From a virus: DNA of 64,000 bases. Shown piece after piece: positions 54,114 through 64,000 of the stretch. Each line of letters opens with the position of its first letter. Within the stretch, counting starts at the first letter, position 1. The stretch spans positions 41,470 through 105,469 of IMG/VR virus record IMGVR_UViG_3300022391_000001. One strand, given 5' to 3'. The notes below the pieces were generated by a model. That model had not been told where the DNA came from, made no database searches, and saw only the letters and a program-made list of their open reading frames with translations. Made by a program: the position numbers and the translations under genes.

Positions 54114-55349
54114 TCACGGGTTGATGTCCACCGTTGTTGTTTCTAAGGGCAGCTGGAACATTTCCACTTCGTCCACTTCGGCTTGGCCATCGGCGATGTA
54201 GGCTGCCAGCTTGCCAGAGGTGTAGTCCCCGTTGAGGGTGTTGATCACCTCTTCAGAGTCCAGATACACCTTGATCCTGTTGGAGCCGCCCTCGGGCTGC
54301 ACTTCCACGCGCAAGCCATAGTAGGTGTTGGGCAACAGCGGCTCTGCCAATACTACTGGAAGATATGTGGTGATTGCTCCGCCTACAAGGCTAACAAAGA
54401 CCACGCTGTTGGCGGCGTGATCAAGCGCTGCGGCATAATAGTTGTCATCATCCTGGTAATAGAAGCACAGCGCGAAGCCATCGGTGCTCTTTGCCCGCAT
54501 GAATGCCACTTGCGCTTCCCAATCGGAGTCCCCGCTCACATTGGTCGCCACGATGGTAGGTGTACCATCGGAAGTCAAGCTCATCACCCCATCGGCGACC
54601 GTCGGCGCGACGACTCCTGTGACAAATTGCCACTGGAGCAAATCATTGTCCGTTCTGAACAAATCCAAGAAGTCCAGCCAGCTGATTTCCACCCGCTCGC
54701 TCGATGGTCGTGTGAGCTTCACCAGGTTCTCAACCAGCTCCCGATCCAACGTCCCATCGTCCATGATTCTGAGGTTGGACCGGTATTCATCGACATCCGG
54801 TGGCCCCGGAAGCGAGATCATCCACGGGTCCCGCCCGTCGTGATCTTCACCCACGCCCGTCTCATCGAGCACAAACCTGAAGTCAAACCAGTTCCAGATG
54901 CGCATCCGGGAGCCCGTCGTGAGCTGCAACACGTTGAGCGTCGTGTCCTCTGGCCCTCGGGACTTCCACAGCGCTGCTGAGGTTGCCAGGAGCTTCCGCA
55001 GCTGGTCGGCGGTGAGCGCATCTGTGATGTGGTCCAGCTCCGGCGTCCACCCCAAGATCCGCTTCAGGTAGATCAGGTGCTCATCGGCGATGTCCGTGAT
55101 GGACCACAGGTCCTTGAGCGCAAAGATCTTGGCTTGGATGTCCGTCCAGAGCTGCTGCGGCCCTTCCAAGAGCCGCTTGACAAACAACGCCCCCTCGGGC
55201 TTGGCATCCTCCGTGCGTATCGGATCCAGCAAGAACCGATACATGCGCAGCGGCAGCGTCTCTTCAGGCTCCGGCGGCTCAATGTAACCCAAGACCTGGC
55301 CGGTGGTCCCGGGTGCGATTGGATTGCCTACCAGGTCTTGGATTGCCAT
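54114..55349 (-). CDS. baseplate wedge protein (P2 gpI-like) with C-terminal beta-sandwich
   Basis: HLIYLKRILGW...LRKLL...WKSRG. Confidence 0.7.
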   Translation of the reverse strand: MAIQDLVGNPIAPGTTGQVLGYIEPPEPEETLPLRMYRFLLDPIRTEDAKPEGALFVKRLLEGPQQLWTDIQAKIFALKDLWSITDIADEHLIYLKRILGWTPELDHITDALTADQLRKLLATSAALWKSRGPEDTTLNVLQLTTGSRMRIWNWFDFRFVLDETGVGEDHDGRDPWMISLPGPPDVDEYRSNLRIMDDGTLDRELVENLVKLTRPSSERVEISWLDFLDLFRTDNDLLQWQFVTGVVAPTVADGVMSLTSDGTPTIVATNVSGDSDWEAQVAFMRAKSTDGFALCFYYQDDDNYYAAALDHAANSVVFVSLVGGAITTYLPVVLAEPLLPNTYYGLRVEVQPEGGSNRIKVYLDSEEVINTLNGDYTSGKLAAYIADGQAEVDEVEMFQLPLETTTVDINP

Positions 55350-55358
55350 GTCCTTGCC

Positions 55359-56087
55359 TCAAGGGGTGACGGTGAGCGTGTACAGCGTCCCCGGCGTTTG
55401 ATCCGAAGTGACCAGCTTGACTGTATCCGAGTCCACCTCCAGCACGCTCAAGACCGACAACCCACCGTCAAAATTGTACTTGGCGGGGTTGCGTATGTCG
55501 GCGTTGTCCGTCATCGGCTCGTTGAAGATCACATCCACTCGGTTCTCACTGATGGACTGAACGCTGGACAACGTCGGTGCGACTCCCACGCCGGTGAAGC
55601 CGCCTGAGTTGGCACTCGGATCTGTCGGTGTCCCTTCGGGGTCTGTGGCGCCCGGGGACAACGCCTCGACAGAATAACTGGCCCCGGTGGTGTGCTCCGA
55701 AGTCAACAGGTCCACGTATGTGGGTTGGCTGCCCGGTCCCTTCTCGGCGCTGAGAAACGTCAGCGCCGCTGCTCCCGGCGTGACCGTTGTGAAGCTGTAG
55801 CTGGACGCGAGCCGCAACGCGGCGTTATTGGCCATCGGTCGATCAAAGGTGACTCGGACTCGCCCGGCGGCGGGCACGGTCACCGATGAGACTTTGACCA
55901 ACTGCACTAAATTGGCCAACGGCGTTGCCGTCGCTTCGGCGATGCCGTAGCCTGCTATGTCGGCATTGGACCGTGCCTTCAAATCCGAGACCACAGAGGT
56001 GGTCCCGGCGGCGGCATGCTGGATGGCGCCCTTGCCCAGCGGAGTTGCTTGGGCTGCTGAGAGCCCTCTGGCGTCTATCACACCCAT
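55359..56087 (-). CDS. virion protein with tandem Ig-like domains
   Basis: VRVTFDRPM and VDVIFNEPM repeats; Y.L.V endings. Confidence 0.65.
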   Translation of the reverse strand: MGVIDARGLSAAQATPLGKGAIQHAAAGTTSVVSDLKARSNADIAGYGIAEATATPLANLVQLVKVSSVTVPAAGRVRVTFDRPMANNAALRLASSYSFTTVTPGAAALTFLSAEKGPGSQPTYVDLLTSEHTTGASYSVEALSPGATDPEGTPTDPSANSGGFTGVGVAPTLSSVQSISENRVDVIFNEPMTDNADIRNPAKYNFDGGLSVLSVLEVDSDTVKLVTSDQTPGTLYTLTVTP

Positions 56088-56090
56088 TGG

Positions 56091-56504
56091 CTAGTCCAGG
56101 CTGATCCTAAGCTGTGAGGCCAAGAATCGGAAGGTGTCCCCGTCGTTGACTTGGCGCGGTTGCGCGACTCCGGAGCCGTTGTCCAGGATGCCGTTGGCAA
56201 TCTGAGTGGCCCCGTCATACATCGCCCAGTGGGTGATGAGCCCCCAATTGCCGCCGGATGCCGCTGGAAACACAATCTGATTGGCGTTGCTCTTGATGCC
56301 CGAGGCAGCGGCTGGCCATTCCGTCCCGTTGTTCGTCACGGTGATCCGAGCATAGCCGTTGCCCGAGGGTTCATCCAGCCCCGTCCCGTCATCTCCGGGG
56401 TCTGCCTTGGACAACGCGATGTCCACCGAGCCGCCCACTAGGGTCGCTCCGGCGCCCAGCATCGCGTCCAGAACGGCATTCTCAAAAGAGTCTGTGAATG
56501 ACAT
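56091..56504 (-). CDS. tail/baseplate-associated structural protein
   Basis: EPSGNGYAR, IVFPAASGGNWGLITH, GDTFRF. Confidence 0.7.
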   Translation of the reverse strand: MSFTDSFENAVLDAMLGAGATLVGGSVDIALSKADPGDDGTGLDEPSGNGYARITVTNNGTEWPAAASGIKSNANQIVFPAASGGNWGLITHWAMYDGATQIANGILDNGSGVAQPRQVNDGDTFRFLASQLRISLD

Positions 56505-56513
56505 CGCACCCTC

Positions 56514-58673
56514 CTATGGCTCCACGACTGTGATGGTCATCGTTCCTGCAACCGGAAGCTCCCGAGCGGCCAACGGCACATCGGCGGCTGGCGTCGTGAT
56601 CACTACGTTGGTGATTGAATCGTCTGTCTCAAAAATCTCGTGAATCAATCGGTTCAATGGCACCTCCCCGCCGAATGTCCATTCATAGGTCACCCCGTCC
56701 ACTTTCAGAGCTTCGGGTTGGATGACCTGATTCAACCGATTGATCACCGCTTGCTCTGTGACATCCCCGTACACCGTGGCCGTCACATCGATGGCCTTGG
56801 GGGTGTAATTGACCGCCGCCACCTCGTGGTTGGCGATCAGATGCTTTGCCACAGGCGGGTTGGCGTATCGGTCGCCGTTGAAATACAGCTCCAGGGCTGC
56901 CAACTGTGCCGCAGACGCGAGCCCTCCGCCTTGTGCGACCACCACCACCTCGATGGTCTTGGGCCCATAGCCCTCCTCAAACACCGTTGCTCGTCCAAAG
57001 GGGCTGGCGCCGTCGGAGTCGACAAAGGCCACGGTGAGCGTGATCACGTCATCGGGGCCGATGGCGACGGTGCCGGTGCGAAGCGATGCCGGTCCCTCGA
57101 TCTTGGCCCGCTCCAAACTCGCTTCGGAAGCCCCCTGTGCTTCTGCCCACCCCGTCGCTTGGCGAGGGTTAAAGAGCTTGTTGACGTAGGTCAAACCTGT
57201 CTTGTCTACGACAACTGTTTGTGCCCCTACGTTACCGTCCACAGCAGCTCCATACCGATAGCTGGCTGCGATGTTGCCCACCCCGATAGGTGGAATCTTG
57301 CCATTTGCTCCATCACCGAAGGTGAGGGTGGCCCGGTCATTCTCGCCCAGCGTCAACACCACGTGGGTATCCGCCGCCGCGCTGTTCAAGAAGTTGTCCA
57401 CCACCGTCCACTCGATATCATCGACGGTGACCACCATCGTCCCGCTGATGTAGTTGTTCTTGCTGGTGGTGAAGGTTTGGTTGGCGAGCCCCGTGCTGGA
57501 GCCCAGCGGATCATCGGTGCGGCTTTGCCCTTGCGTCGCCGACCTGAGCACGTACTGCTTGCCTTCATCCATCCTCGTGCGGCGAAGCGTCGGTGATGTC
57601 GCTCCGGTCGCTTGGACAATCCTGTAGCGTAGCCAGTATGCCTCGATGCTGTTGATCGTGGTGGGCTGCCAATTCTGGTCCAACGTCTGTGGGACGGGAT
57701 ACTCCACCGAGCCCGAGACTGTGAGGTCAGAGGTCCCGTCTGTCGCTTCTTCAAGGATGGTCCAGTCAGAGCCGATGGTGTAATCAGCAGGGTCCGTGCT
57801 GGGTGATACCTGCCCAAGAAGCCCGACGGTGGCGATATTGGCGGAGCCGTTCCAAGTGCTGAGCACATCCTCGTATGCCGTTGTGCTGTTCAGCTGCACC
57901 CGTACATAAGTCCCTTGCCGGTTGGTGGTCCCGAGCAAGGTGGCCAGGTCCACCTCCAGACTCCCGCCCAGATTGTTCACAGACGTTGGTGCCGTCTTGC
58001 GGAAGTCCCCGTCATAGACTTCCCACACGCCGACCATGTTGGACGCGGCGACCACGAGGGTCACGCCCAATTCATCCCACATCGCCGTATCATGGCCCCA
58101 ATACAGAGCATCGCCGACCACCGGCGTGACCCAAGGCACGAAATCATCGACCGTCGGCGTGTCGCTGTTGGCCTTGGCGGTGTAGTCTGTGAAGGCGCCC
58201 GACTCCTCAGCCAGCACTGCTGTATGTTGATCCGTCCTGGAGATGGTCAACGCTGTCAGCGCTTCAAACGGAATGGCGGCGGTGTCGCCCTCCTTGCGCG
58301 TCGCCGCCTGTGCTGCCTCGGGTATCAGTTGGAATGCGGCGGTGAACACCCGGCTCAACTCATAGACGATGTCCACCTGTGCCGGAGTTGCCGGCCGCAG
58401 CTCATAGTCGATCAGGCGGAGCATGTTGCGCACCTGCTCCACGAGCTTGGCCGTGGGCAGGGTGGACTCGTTGGCCACGAGATCGATCAGCACATTGTTC
58501 ATGTGCCCGACCAACGCAAACGCCCGGAGCAGCTGGATGAAGGGCTCAAACTCCGACTCATCGGTCAACTCGGGCACATTGAGGCGTTTGTACTGAATCA
58601 ACGCCTCCAGCAGCTCCGGATAATACAACCCAGCGCCGAAATTGAAGTCAGGGATGGTGATCTCAGTTGCCAT
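56514..58673 (-). CDS. baseplate J-like wedge protein
   Basis: LIDYELRPATPAQV, STGLANQTF, FGDGANGKIP, YRYG...GNVGA. Confidence 0.85.
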   Translation of the reverse strand: MATEITIPDFNFGAGLYYPELLEALIQYKRLNVPELTDESEFEPFIQLLRAFALVGHMNNVLIDLVANESTLPTAKLVEQVRNMLRLIDYELRPATPAQVDIVYELSRVFTAAFQLIPEAAQAATRKEGDTAAIPFEALTALTISRTDQHTAVLAEESGAFTDYTAKANSDTPTVDDFVPWVTPVVGDALYWGHDTAMWDELGVTLVVAASNMVGVWEVYDGDFRKTAPTSVNNLGGSLEVDLATLLGTTNRQGTYVRVQLNSTTAYEDVLSTWNGSANIATVGLLGQVSPSTDPADYTIGSDWTILEEATDGTSDLTVSGSVEYPVPQTLDQNWQPTTINSIEAYWLRYRIVQATGATSPTLRRTRMDEGKQYVLRSATQGQSRTDDPLGSSTGLANQTFTTSKNNYISGTMVVTVDDIEWTVVDNFLNSAAADTHVVLTLGENDRATLTFGDGANGKIPPIGVGNIAASYRYGAAVDGNVGAQTVVVDKTGLTYVNKLFNPRQATGWAEAQGASEASLERAKIEGPASLRTGTVAIGPDDVITLTVAFVDSDGASPFGRATVFEEGYGPKTIEVVVVAQGGGLASAAQLAALELYFNGDRYANPPVAKHLIANHEVAAVNYTPKAIDVTATVYGDVTEQAVINRLNQVIQPEALKVDGVTYEWTFGGEVPLNRLIHEIFETDDSITNVVITTPAADVPLAARELPVAGTMTITVVEP

Positions 58674-58687
58674 CAGCGGCTCCCCTC

Positions 58688-59065
58688 TCAATCAGCCGTG
58701 GTAAACGCTCGCCTGAAGAACACCTCTTCATCAGACTCCAGGTTGACATACCTGAATTCCAAGATCAACTCCTGTTGCGTGGCATTCTCCGACCACTTGA
58801 GGGTGTCACGCAGGAGCTTGAAGCGCTTCTGCGTCTGAAAATTCTGGAACAGCCGAATCACCCGCCGCTGAATCTGCGACCTGAGCACGGAGTCTGAGAT
58901 GTCGAAGATCATCCCGGTCCCCAGCCCGATGTCCTGCTGAAAGGCATTTTCGTTGTCGTCGCTGGACAAGGCCAGCTTGATGATCTTGGCGTCGTTGATG
59001 TCGCCATCGACCAACGCCGCTCCGCCGCTCGGGTTGACCCCCACTGGCACCTTCAATCCTAGCAT
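58688..59065 (-). CDS. gp25/GPW-like baseplate protein
   Basis: Size and position before baseplate J; GLGTGMIF. Confidence 0.7.
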   Translation of the reverse strand: MLGLKVPVGVNPSGGAALVDGDINDAKIIKLALSSDDNENAFQQDIGLGTGMIFDISDSVLRSQIQRRVIRLFQNFQTQKRFKLLRDTLKWSENATQQELILEFRYVNLESDEEVFFRRAFTTAD

Positions 59066-59072
59066 AGCAACC

Positions 59073-59570
59073 TCACAGTATCGGCGATGGCCCTGGACCT
59101 GCCGGTGGTGGTGGTATCAAGGCAATCCCGCCCAGCTGTGTAGGGTGAATCGCCGTCGCCACCGCGTTGGCCGCGTCTGCCAATGATAGATCCCCGGCTG
59201 TGTTGGCGGCGAATGCGGCGGTGAGCGCCGCTGCTATCCCTCCGAGCCCCGGCGGCGGTGTCGCGCCCGTCGGCGGCGGAGCCGTCACCCAGATACTCGC
59301 CGCCGCTCCGGCGACCACTCCCCAAAAGGATGTGATCCCTGCTGCTATCTTTGCCGCTCCTGCGCCGTTGACGGACATCCCAACCAGAGATCCCTTCATG
59401 GCGCTGATTGCGCTAGAAAGTGAGCCCGGGGTGGTAGCGATGCCTAGCACAGACGCATCCTTGAAGTAGATTTCCCAAGCCGCCGCGAAGTTGTTGATGG
59501 CGTCCGGCTCGTTGTCCACCGGCGCCAAATTGGCCAACTCGGGGCCCAGCACTGAAGAGACCAATGGCAT
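59073..59570 (-). CDS. Ala/Pro-rich baseplate-associated protein
   Basis: TGATG coupling with the spike gene. Confidence 0.6.
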   Translation of the reverse strand: MPLVSSVLGPELANLAPVDNEPDAINNFAAAWEIYFKDASVLGIATTPGSLSSAISAMKGSLVGMSVNGAGAAKIAAGITSFWGVVAGAAASIWVTAPPPTGATPPPGLGGIAAALTAAFAANTAGDLSLADAANAVATAIHPTQLGGIALIPPPPAGPGPSPIL

Positions 59571-60457
59571 CAGGTATCCGGCACGCTCATCTTGGAGCTG
59601 TTGATGTTGGAGTCCCAATCCGGAGCGGAGATGGTCGGATTGGGTGGCCCGCTCGGACCCATCCCCGTCGGATGGACGTGCGTATCGAAGGTGTCCAGTT
59701 GAGTCTTCAACGCTTCATACAACGACTGCAGGTGATCCGCGATGGCAACCTTGACTGCCCCGTCACCTAACACGGCGGTGGCGTCGGCGTCCTTGCCGTT
59801 GAGCTTCAGATTGGCGCCCTCGCTCAGATTGAGTGCGAGCTCATCCGGCTTGATCACCAGCGTGTGTTTCCCCTCCTCAAGCGACACCTCCAACTCGTTG
59901 TCGGGCTTGAGGTGAATGAACTGCTGGTTCAAGATCGTGAACTTCACCGAGCCGTCTGTGTCGATCAGGAGCTGGGTGATCTTCTCGGGCTCCGCCGCCG
60001 CTCCGGGCTCGGGTCGCTCTTGGGCCCATGTGAGGTGAATTCGGGTCCCGCCCTCTGTATCATCAAACAACAGCACGTGGCCGCCTGGTGTAGCAAATCC
60101 CCTCCGCTTCCCATAATTCTCCAGGAAGTCTGGATGGATTGCGCTGGGCGTGTTCTCGCCCTCCACCTCGGAGTCTGTGATGAAGCGTTTTCCCCGCCAC
60201 TTGATGTCCAGATTGTCCAAGGACATTTGGCCATATGCCTCATCCTCGTCAGAACTGACAACAACCTCCACCTCGACAATCTCGCCGACATCGGGCAAAC
60301 AGAACCACCCCCAATCGTGGACCGGCTCCACGAGCATGGGCAGCTCCGTCTCTTCATCGCCCAGCAGTTGCGCGCACGCCACTCGGATCCTGCCCCGGTT
60401 CTCTTCATCCTCCACGGATGTGACCACCGCCGGATAACGCTCCGTCACCACGCCCAC
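59570..60457 (-). CDS. baseplate central spike (gpV/gp5-like OB fold, HxH tip)
   Basis: VTSVEDEENRGRIRV, LPDVGEIV, TPGGHVLLFDD, HVH. Confidence 0.85.
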   Translation of the reverse strand: MGVVTERYPAVVTSVEDEENRGRIRVACAQLLGDEETELPMLVEPVHDWGWFCLPDVGEIVEVEVVVSSDEDEAYGQMSLDNLDIKWRGKRFITDSEVEGENTPSAIHPDFLENYGKRRGFATPGGHVLLFDDTEGGTRIHLTWAQERPEPGAAAEPEKITQLLIDTDGSVKFTILNQQFIHLKPDNELEVSLEEGKHTLVIKPDELALNLSEGANLKLNGKDADATAVLGDGAVKVAIADHLQSLYEALKTQLDTFDTHVHPTGMGPSGPPNPTISAPDWDSNINSSKMSVPDT

Positions 60458-61629
60458 TACGGCACCACCTTTCTGGCGGCGAAGTCTATCACATAGCCCT
60501 GCGACTTGGAGCAGATGTGCTTCACCTTGGTGAAGTAGTATTCACCCTCAAACGTGTCGCCGACTCCGCCGAGAAGGTGGATTTGTCGGGCTCGGACTTC
60601 GGTGGTGCCGATTGTGCGCCCACGCGACAACACGAAATTCTCCCGATGACGACGGAACCACTGCTGTGCCCACGCGATCACTTCGGCGTTGGACCGGAAG
60701 CGCCGGTTGGAGATGATGTTGAAGCTGAAGTCCCCGATGAACAACTTGATGTCGCTGGCTGAAGTGACTTCCCCGCCGACTTCCCCGGTGACATCCCCGG
60801 TGGCATCGATGTCAGGGCTGGCGTTGTTCTCTTCTTCAACCTCCGCCTTGTACACCGCCCCGGTTCTGACATCCTTGACCACGGCGGCGATCTTGGTCAC
60901 AGCGCCCTTGATGAGCAACTCCGGCGTGAAGGCGAGAAGGGAGCTGAAGTCCCCTTGGTTGTAGATGAAGGTGAACTGTTTGTCCTGGAAGTCCTGGAGT
61001 GCTCCCGGCTCTTTGAAGTGCAGCGTCCACTCGCCCGTGTCGGAGCCGTCCACCCAGAAGTAGTAGCCTGTGATGTTGCTCAACCCACGCACAAACTCAT
61101 AGTCCGAGATGCCCGGCCGCTGAATGAAGTTGTGGGGAGCATCGGTGGTCGGATCGACATCGGGCGTCATGTCATAGTCGCCCACTCGCTCTTCAACCGC
61201 GTCGCTGAACTTCATGTCCTTGAAGAGCCGCCCTCCCTTGCCGCCCTTTTTCTTGGGCTCTTCAGGCTCGTTGTCCATCATCTTGGAGTCTTTGGTGTAG
61301 CCGACAACCTGGATGGTGGGCATCCCCTCCTGTGGGAAATTGGGTGTCTGCTTGGAGATGACCACCCGCCCGATGTGCTTGACATCGCCATCCCCGTATC
61401 CCATGTACACGTCCATCTCGTTGCCCGGCTGAAACACCTTGGCGTCGGAGATGATGAAGTTGGGGTTGACCGCCCGGATGCGCGCGACATCGGCGATACC
61501 GTCCGCACTCTCATATTCCACAGCCTCGATGAACTGGGTGACACCATAGTCCAGCTCGGTTCCGGCGACCTTGACCACAAACGTCGGAGCGAATGGATCG
61601 CCTTTGCCGAGCCCCCCGAAGCTGGTCAT
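60457..61629 (-). CDS. baseplate hub (gpD/gp27-like)
   Basis: QRPGISDYEFVRGL..ITGY; GEYYFTKVKH. Confidence 0.8.
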   Translation of the reverse strand: MTSFGGLGKGDPFAPTFVVKVAGTELDYGVTQFIEAVEYESADGIADVARIRAVNPNFIISDAKVFQPGNEMDVYMGYGDGDVKHIGRVVISKQTPNFPQEGMPTIQVVGYTKDSKMMDNEPEEPKKKGGKGGRLFKDMKFSDAVEERVGDYDMTPDVDPTTDAPHNFIQRPGISDYEFVRGLSNITGYYFWVDGSDTGEWTLHFKEPGALQDFQDKQFTFIYNQGDFSSLLAFTPELLIKGAVTKIAAVVKDVRTGAVYKAEVEEENNASPDIDATGDVTGEVGGEVTSASDIKLFIGDFSFNIISNRRFRSNAEVIAWAQQWFRRHRENFVLSRGRTIGTTEVRARQIHLLGGVGDTFEGEYYFTKVKHICSKSQGYVIDFAARKVVP

Positions 61630-62393
61630 GCGATCACCACGTGGCTGACATAGGTCCGGTTGCGCGCGTCAAACATTTCCAACCGCCGCTCTTTCTGCGC
61701 GGTGAGCTTCTTGCCGTAGGCAGTGGTCAACGGAATGGACTTGGGCTCCACCCGCTCGGAGCGGATGGCCTCGATGGACGGCATCTTGATGACATCGCCA
61801 ACCTGGAGCACGGGCTGCGTTGGGTGGCGCTTCCGGATGACATCGCCCAGCAGGGGTTGCTTGTACTCCCGCTCGCTGATCAGCTCATAGTAGTCACGCA
61901 CCCGGCTGCGGTGATACCGCGTCTCAAAGATGCCGGTGGACTCAAGGCTGAAGGGCTCGTATTGGAGCAGGTTGATCGTGAGTGAGACTTCTCGGAGCCC
62001 GCCAAAGAAGGTTGGGCGCCCGTATGTGATCCCATCGAGCGAGGTGATCACGCAATCGATCTGCTGCAGGTGCCCGTCGCCCACCCAGAATGACATCGTG
62101 GGTGGGCGGTTGTACTTCGGGTCAATCTCTGTCCAGGACTCCAACAGCTTCAGCGTATCTTCAGCCTGAAACTCCAGAGCGTGGCGGTTGAAGAGACGCG
62201 CCCTGAACGAGATTGTTTCCGCCGCCCGGTTCAGGAATTGAAGGATGGGGTTTTGTCGATTGAGCGCCGTGTGCTGAGCGTAGTTGACGGCGATGTTCTT
62301 GGTTGTACCTTCAGGCTCAAACTGGCCCTTCAGGATCTGGCCTGTATCGACGTTGGCCAGAAACCACGTCTTCAGATTGGGAAACATCAACAT
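61626..62393 (-). CDS. tail tube initiator (gpU-like) with LysM-like C-terminus
   Basis: QFEP, LQFLNRAAETISF; LISEREY...LQVGDVIKMP. Confidence 0.75.
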   Translation of the reverse strand: MLMFPNLKTWFLANVDTGQILKGQFEPEGTTKNIAVNYAQHTALNRQNPILQFLNRAAETISFRARLFNRHALEFQAEDTLKLLESWTEIDPKYNRPPTMSFWVGDGHLQQIDCVITSLDGITYGRPTFFGGLREVSLTINLLQYEPFSLESTGIFETRYHRSRVRDYYELISEREYKQPLLGDVIRKRHPTQPVLQVGDVIKMPSIEAIRSERVEPKSIPLTTAYGKKLTAQKERRLEMFDARNRTYVSHVVIA

Positions 62394-62397
62394 CTGA

Positions 62398-64000
62398 TCA
62401 CCCCGTCGCTGACGCGGTCACCGGCGCCGCGCCCTGTTCCAACATCACCCTCCGTTGCCACGGCGTCGCCCGGAACCCGGCTCTGTCCTGAATCTCCTGC
62501 TTGTGCCGCGCCGACGCGACATTGAGACTTTCTCCGTCCACGCACATCTTGTTGTTGATGTTGAGGGTGCGCTTGTCTGTGAGATCCGCCTGGACCTGAA
62601 CCTTGGGTGCCTCTTGTTGGCGCTGCTTCTCTTGAACCTTGAGGTCTGTGATGCCCTTCAGCTGCTCCTTGAGCGTCGCCAGTTGGGACTTCCGGTCCTG
62701 CTCCGCCGCCACTTGAGGCTGCGTGGGCGCGGTGGTCGCCGCCGCTTCGGCGCCCTTCTGTGCCACCTCCACTGCGGTCTTCTTTTGCTGCTCGGGCTTC
62801 GGGAATGTGAACCCTTGGAGCCCTTCATCCGCAAACTTCTGCAACCCCTGTGGGATCTTGCTCTCGACTCCGGGGATGAGCTTGGCCAGCTCCAGGACGC
62901 CCTTGAGCGCCATTCGGATTGGCGTGGTCAGCACATCAAAGATGGCCACCCCGATCTTGGCGAGCCCGGTCAAGAAGTTGCCTTCCATGAGGTCGATGAT
63001 CCCATCAAAGGTGAGCCCCAAGAAGTTGTCAAACGCTTGGAAGGGCATGGTCAAGACTTTGAACAAAACGCCCATTACCTTTGTGGCCGTCTTGACCAAG
63101 AATCCGATCGTCTCAATGACGGCAATGACCATCGCCGCCACGAAATTGGCCACCGTCTTGCCCATCTCCACCCAATCAACGGTCATGGCGTCGGTGCCAA
63201 ACCCCCATGCGGCTGAGATCTCCTGGATGTGGGATTTGATGTCGGCGATGACTTCGGTGAACACCTGTATCACAGAACCGATGGTGTTGTCCCATGCCTC
63301 CTTGATGTCGGCGGTGAGCACCTGCCAGGCCAGCCGGAAGCCCTCGATGAAGGGCTGAATCACCCCAACCCAAACCTCGATCACCTTGGCCTTGATGCCT
63401 TCCCAGACGCGGGTGACCGTCTGCATCACAGTCTCGTTTTCCCGGCGGATGAGAGCAAAGGCGAGCCCGACGGCTCCGAGCACGAGCGTGATAGGCCACA
63501 GAGCCGCCATGAGCATCCCGGCGGCGCCTGACATGAAGGTGAACACTCCGCTGGCGATGGTCCACAAGGCGGCAAACGCGGTGGTCAGCCCGCTGATGAA
63601 GAAACCGACGGTGGCTAAAGCGATCAACACCGGTACAACCGCCGCTGTGATCAGAGTGATGACGGTGATGATCTTGGTCAGCCGGCGGAGCCCTTCATCG
63701 CCCAGTTGCTGGCGAAGTGCGTCGCCGAAATTCCGGACGGATTGGACCAATCTGTCCCATCCATTCTTGAGGGTGTCGATAGCGTCCTGAATGCCTTGGG
63801 CAATGGACACAGCGCCCTTGCCGTGCTTCTCTTCAATCTCTTGCAGCCGCTCGATGGTGTGGATTTGGGCTCGGATTGAGTCTTCACGCTGCTCCAGCCC
63901 GACCATGATTGAAGCGTCGGCGGCGAGTGTCGTGGCCAACTGCTTCCGCTGTTCAGCGCTAAGACCGGCGGAAGTCTCCAGCGCCAGCTGAAGGGTCCGC
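62398..64000 (-). CDS. tape measure protein, C-terminal part (truncated by the window edge)
   Basis: Ala/Gly-rich amphipathic helices with periodic Trp/Phe and a hydrophobic segment; upstream of baseplate genes. Confidence 0.8.
   Translation of the reverse strand, partial: RTLQLALETSAGLSAEQRKQLATTLAADASIMVGLEQREDSIRAQIHTIERLQEIEEKHGKGAVSIAQGIQDAIDTLKNGWDRLVQSVRNFGDALRQQLGDEGLRRLTKIITVITLITAAVVPVLIALATVGFFISGLTTAFAALWTIASGVFTFMSGAAGMLMAALWPITLVLGAVGLAFALIRRENETVMQTVTRVWEGIKAKVIEVWVGVIQPFIEGFRLAWQVLTADIKEAWDNTIGSVIQVFTEVIADIKSHIQEISAAWGFGTDAMTVDWVEMGKTVANFVAAMVIAVIETIGFLVKTATKVMGVLFKVLTMPFQAFDNFLGLTFDGIIDLMEGNFLTGLAKIGVAIFDVLTTPIRMALKGVLELAKLIPGVESKIPQGLQKFADEGLQGFTFPKPEQQKKTAVEVAQKGAEAAATTAPTQPQVAAEQDRKSQLATLKEQLKGITDLKVQEKQRQQEAPKVQVQADLTDKRTLNINNKMCVDGESLNVASARHKQEIQDRAGFRATPWQRRVMLEQGAAPVTASATG

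Noticed and set aside
1-64000. tRNA or rRNA genes, integrase, alternative genetic code
   Set aside because: No cloverleaf, rRNA-like or recombinase motifs were recognised, and genes tile densely under the standard code using all three stop codons.

Overview
This window is 64 kb of a large, GC-rich, contractile-tailed dsDNA bacteriophage. Essentially every credible gene is on the minus strand. Reading in transcription order (right to left): end of tape measure, baseplate and a 1748-aa tail fibre (64.0-48.4 kb); lysis genes (48.3-45.7 kb); SF2 helicase, a putative initiator with internal iteron-like repeats, DnaC-like loader, DnaB helicase, DNA methylase, dTMP kinase and primase (45.7-37.0 kb); a CobS/CobT-like AAA+/vWA pair and a sigma factor (36.9-31.7 kb); a tightly coupled six-gene nucleotide-modification-like operon (31.6-26.1 kb); DnaE with an intein; HU, UvsY-like, SSB, RecA, SbcD/SbcC-like, RuvC-like, MazG, 5'-3' exonuclease and family-4 UDG (21.2-10.5 kb); then small early genes with an ATP-dependent ligase. 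Six copies of a TCGACT-N17-TATG[A/C]T promoter are present. Three highlights: (1) a 3'-UTR hairpin at 31.62-31.71 kb whose loop is antisense to the shared RBS/start-codon motif of at least eight phage genes, with target variants mostly G-U compatible, in a phage that also encodes an Sm/Hfq-like protein; (2) a DnaE intein carrying a double-HNH endonuclease overprinted in the +1 frame behind a perfect 15-bp hairpin; (3) the oxidoreductase / MazG-HAD / methyltransferase / ThyX-like / aminotransferase / kinase operon, a candidate new DNA base-modification pathway. All product calls come from motif recognition by eye; no database searches were run.
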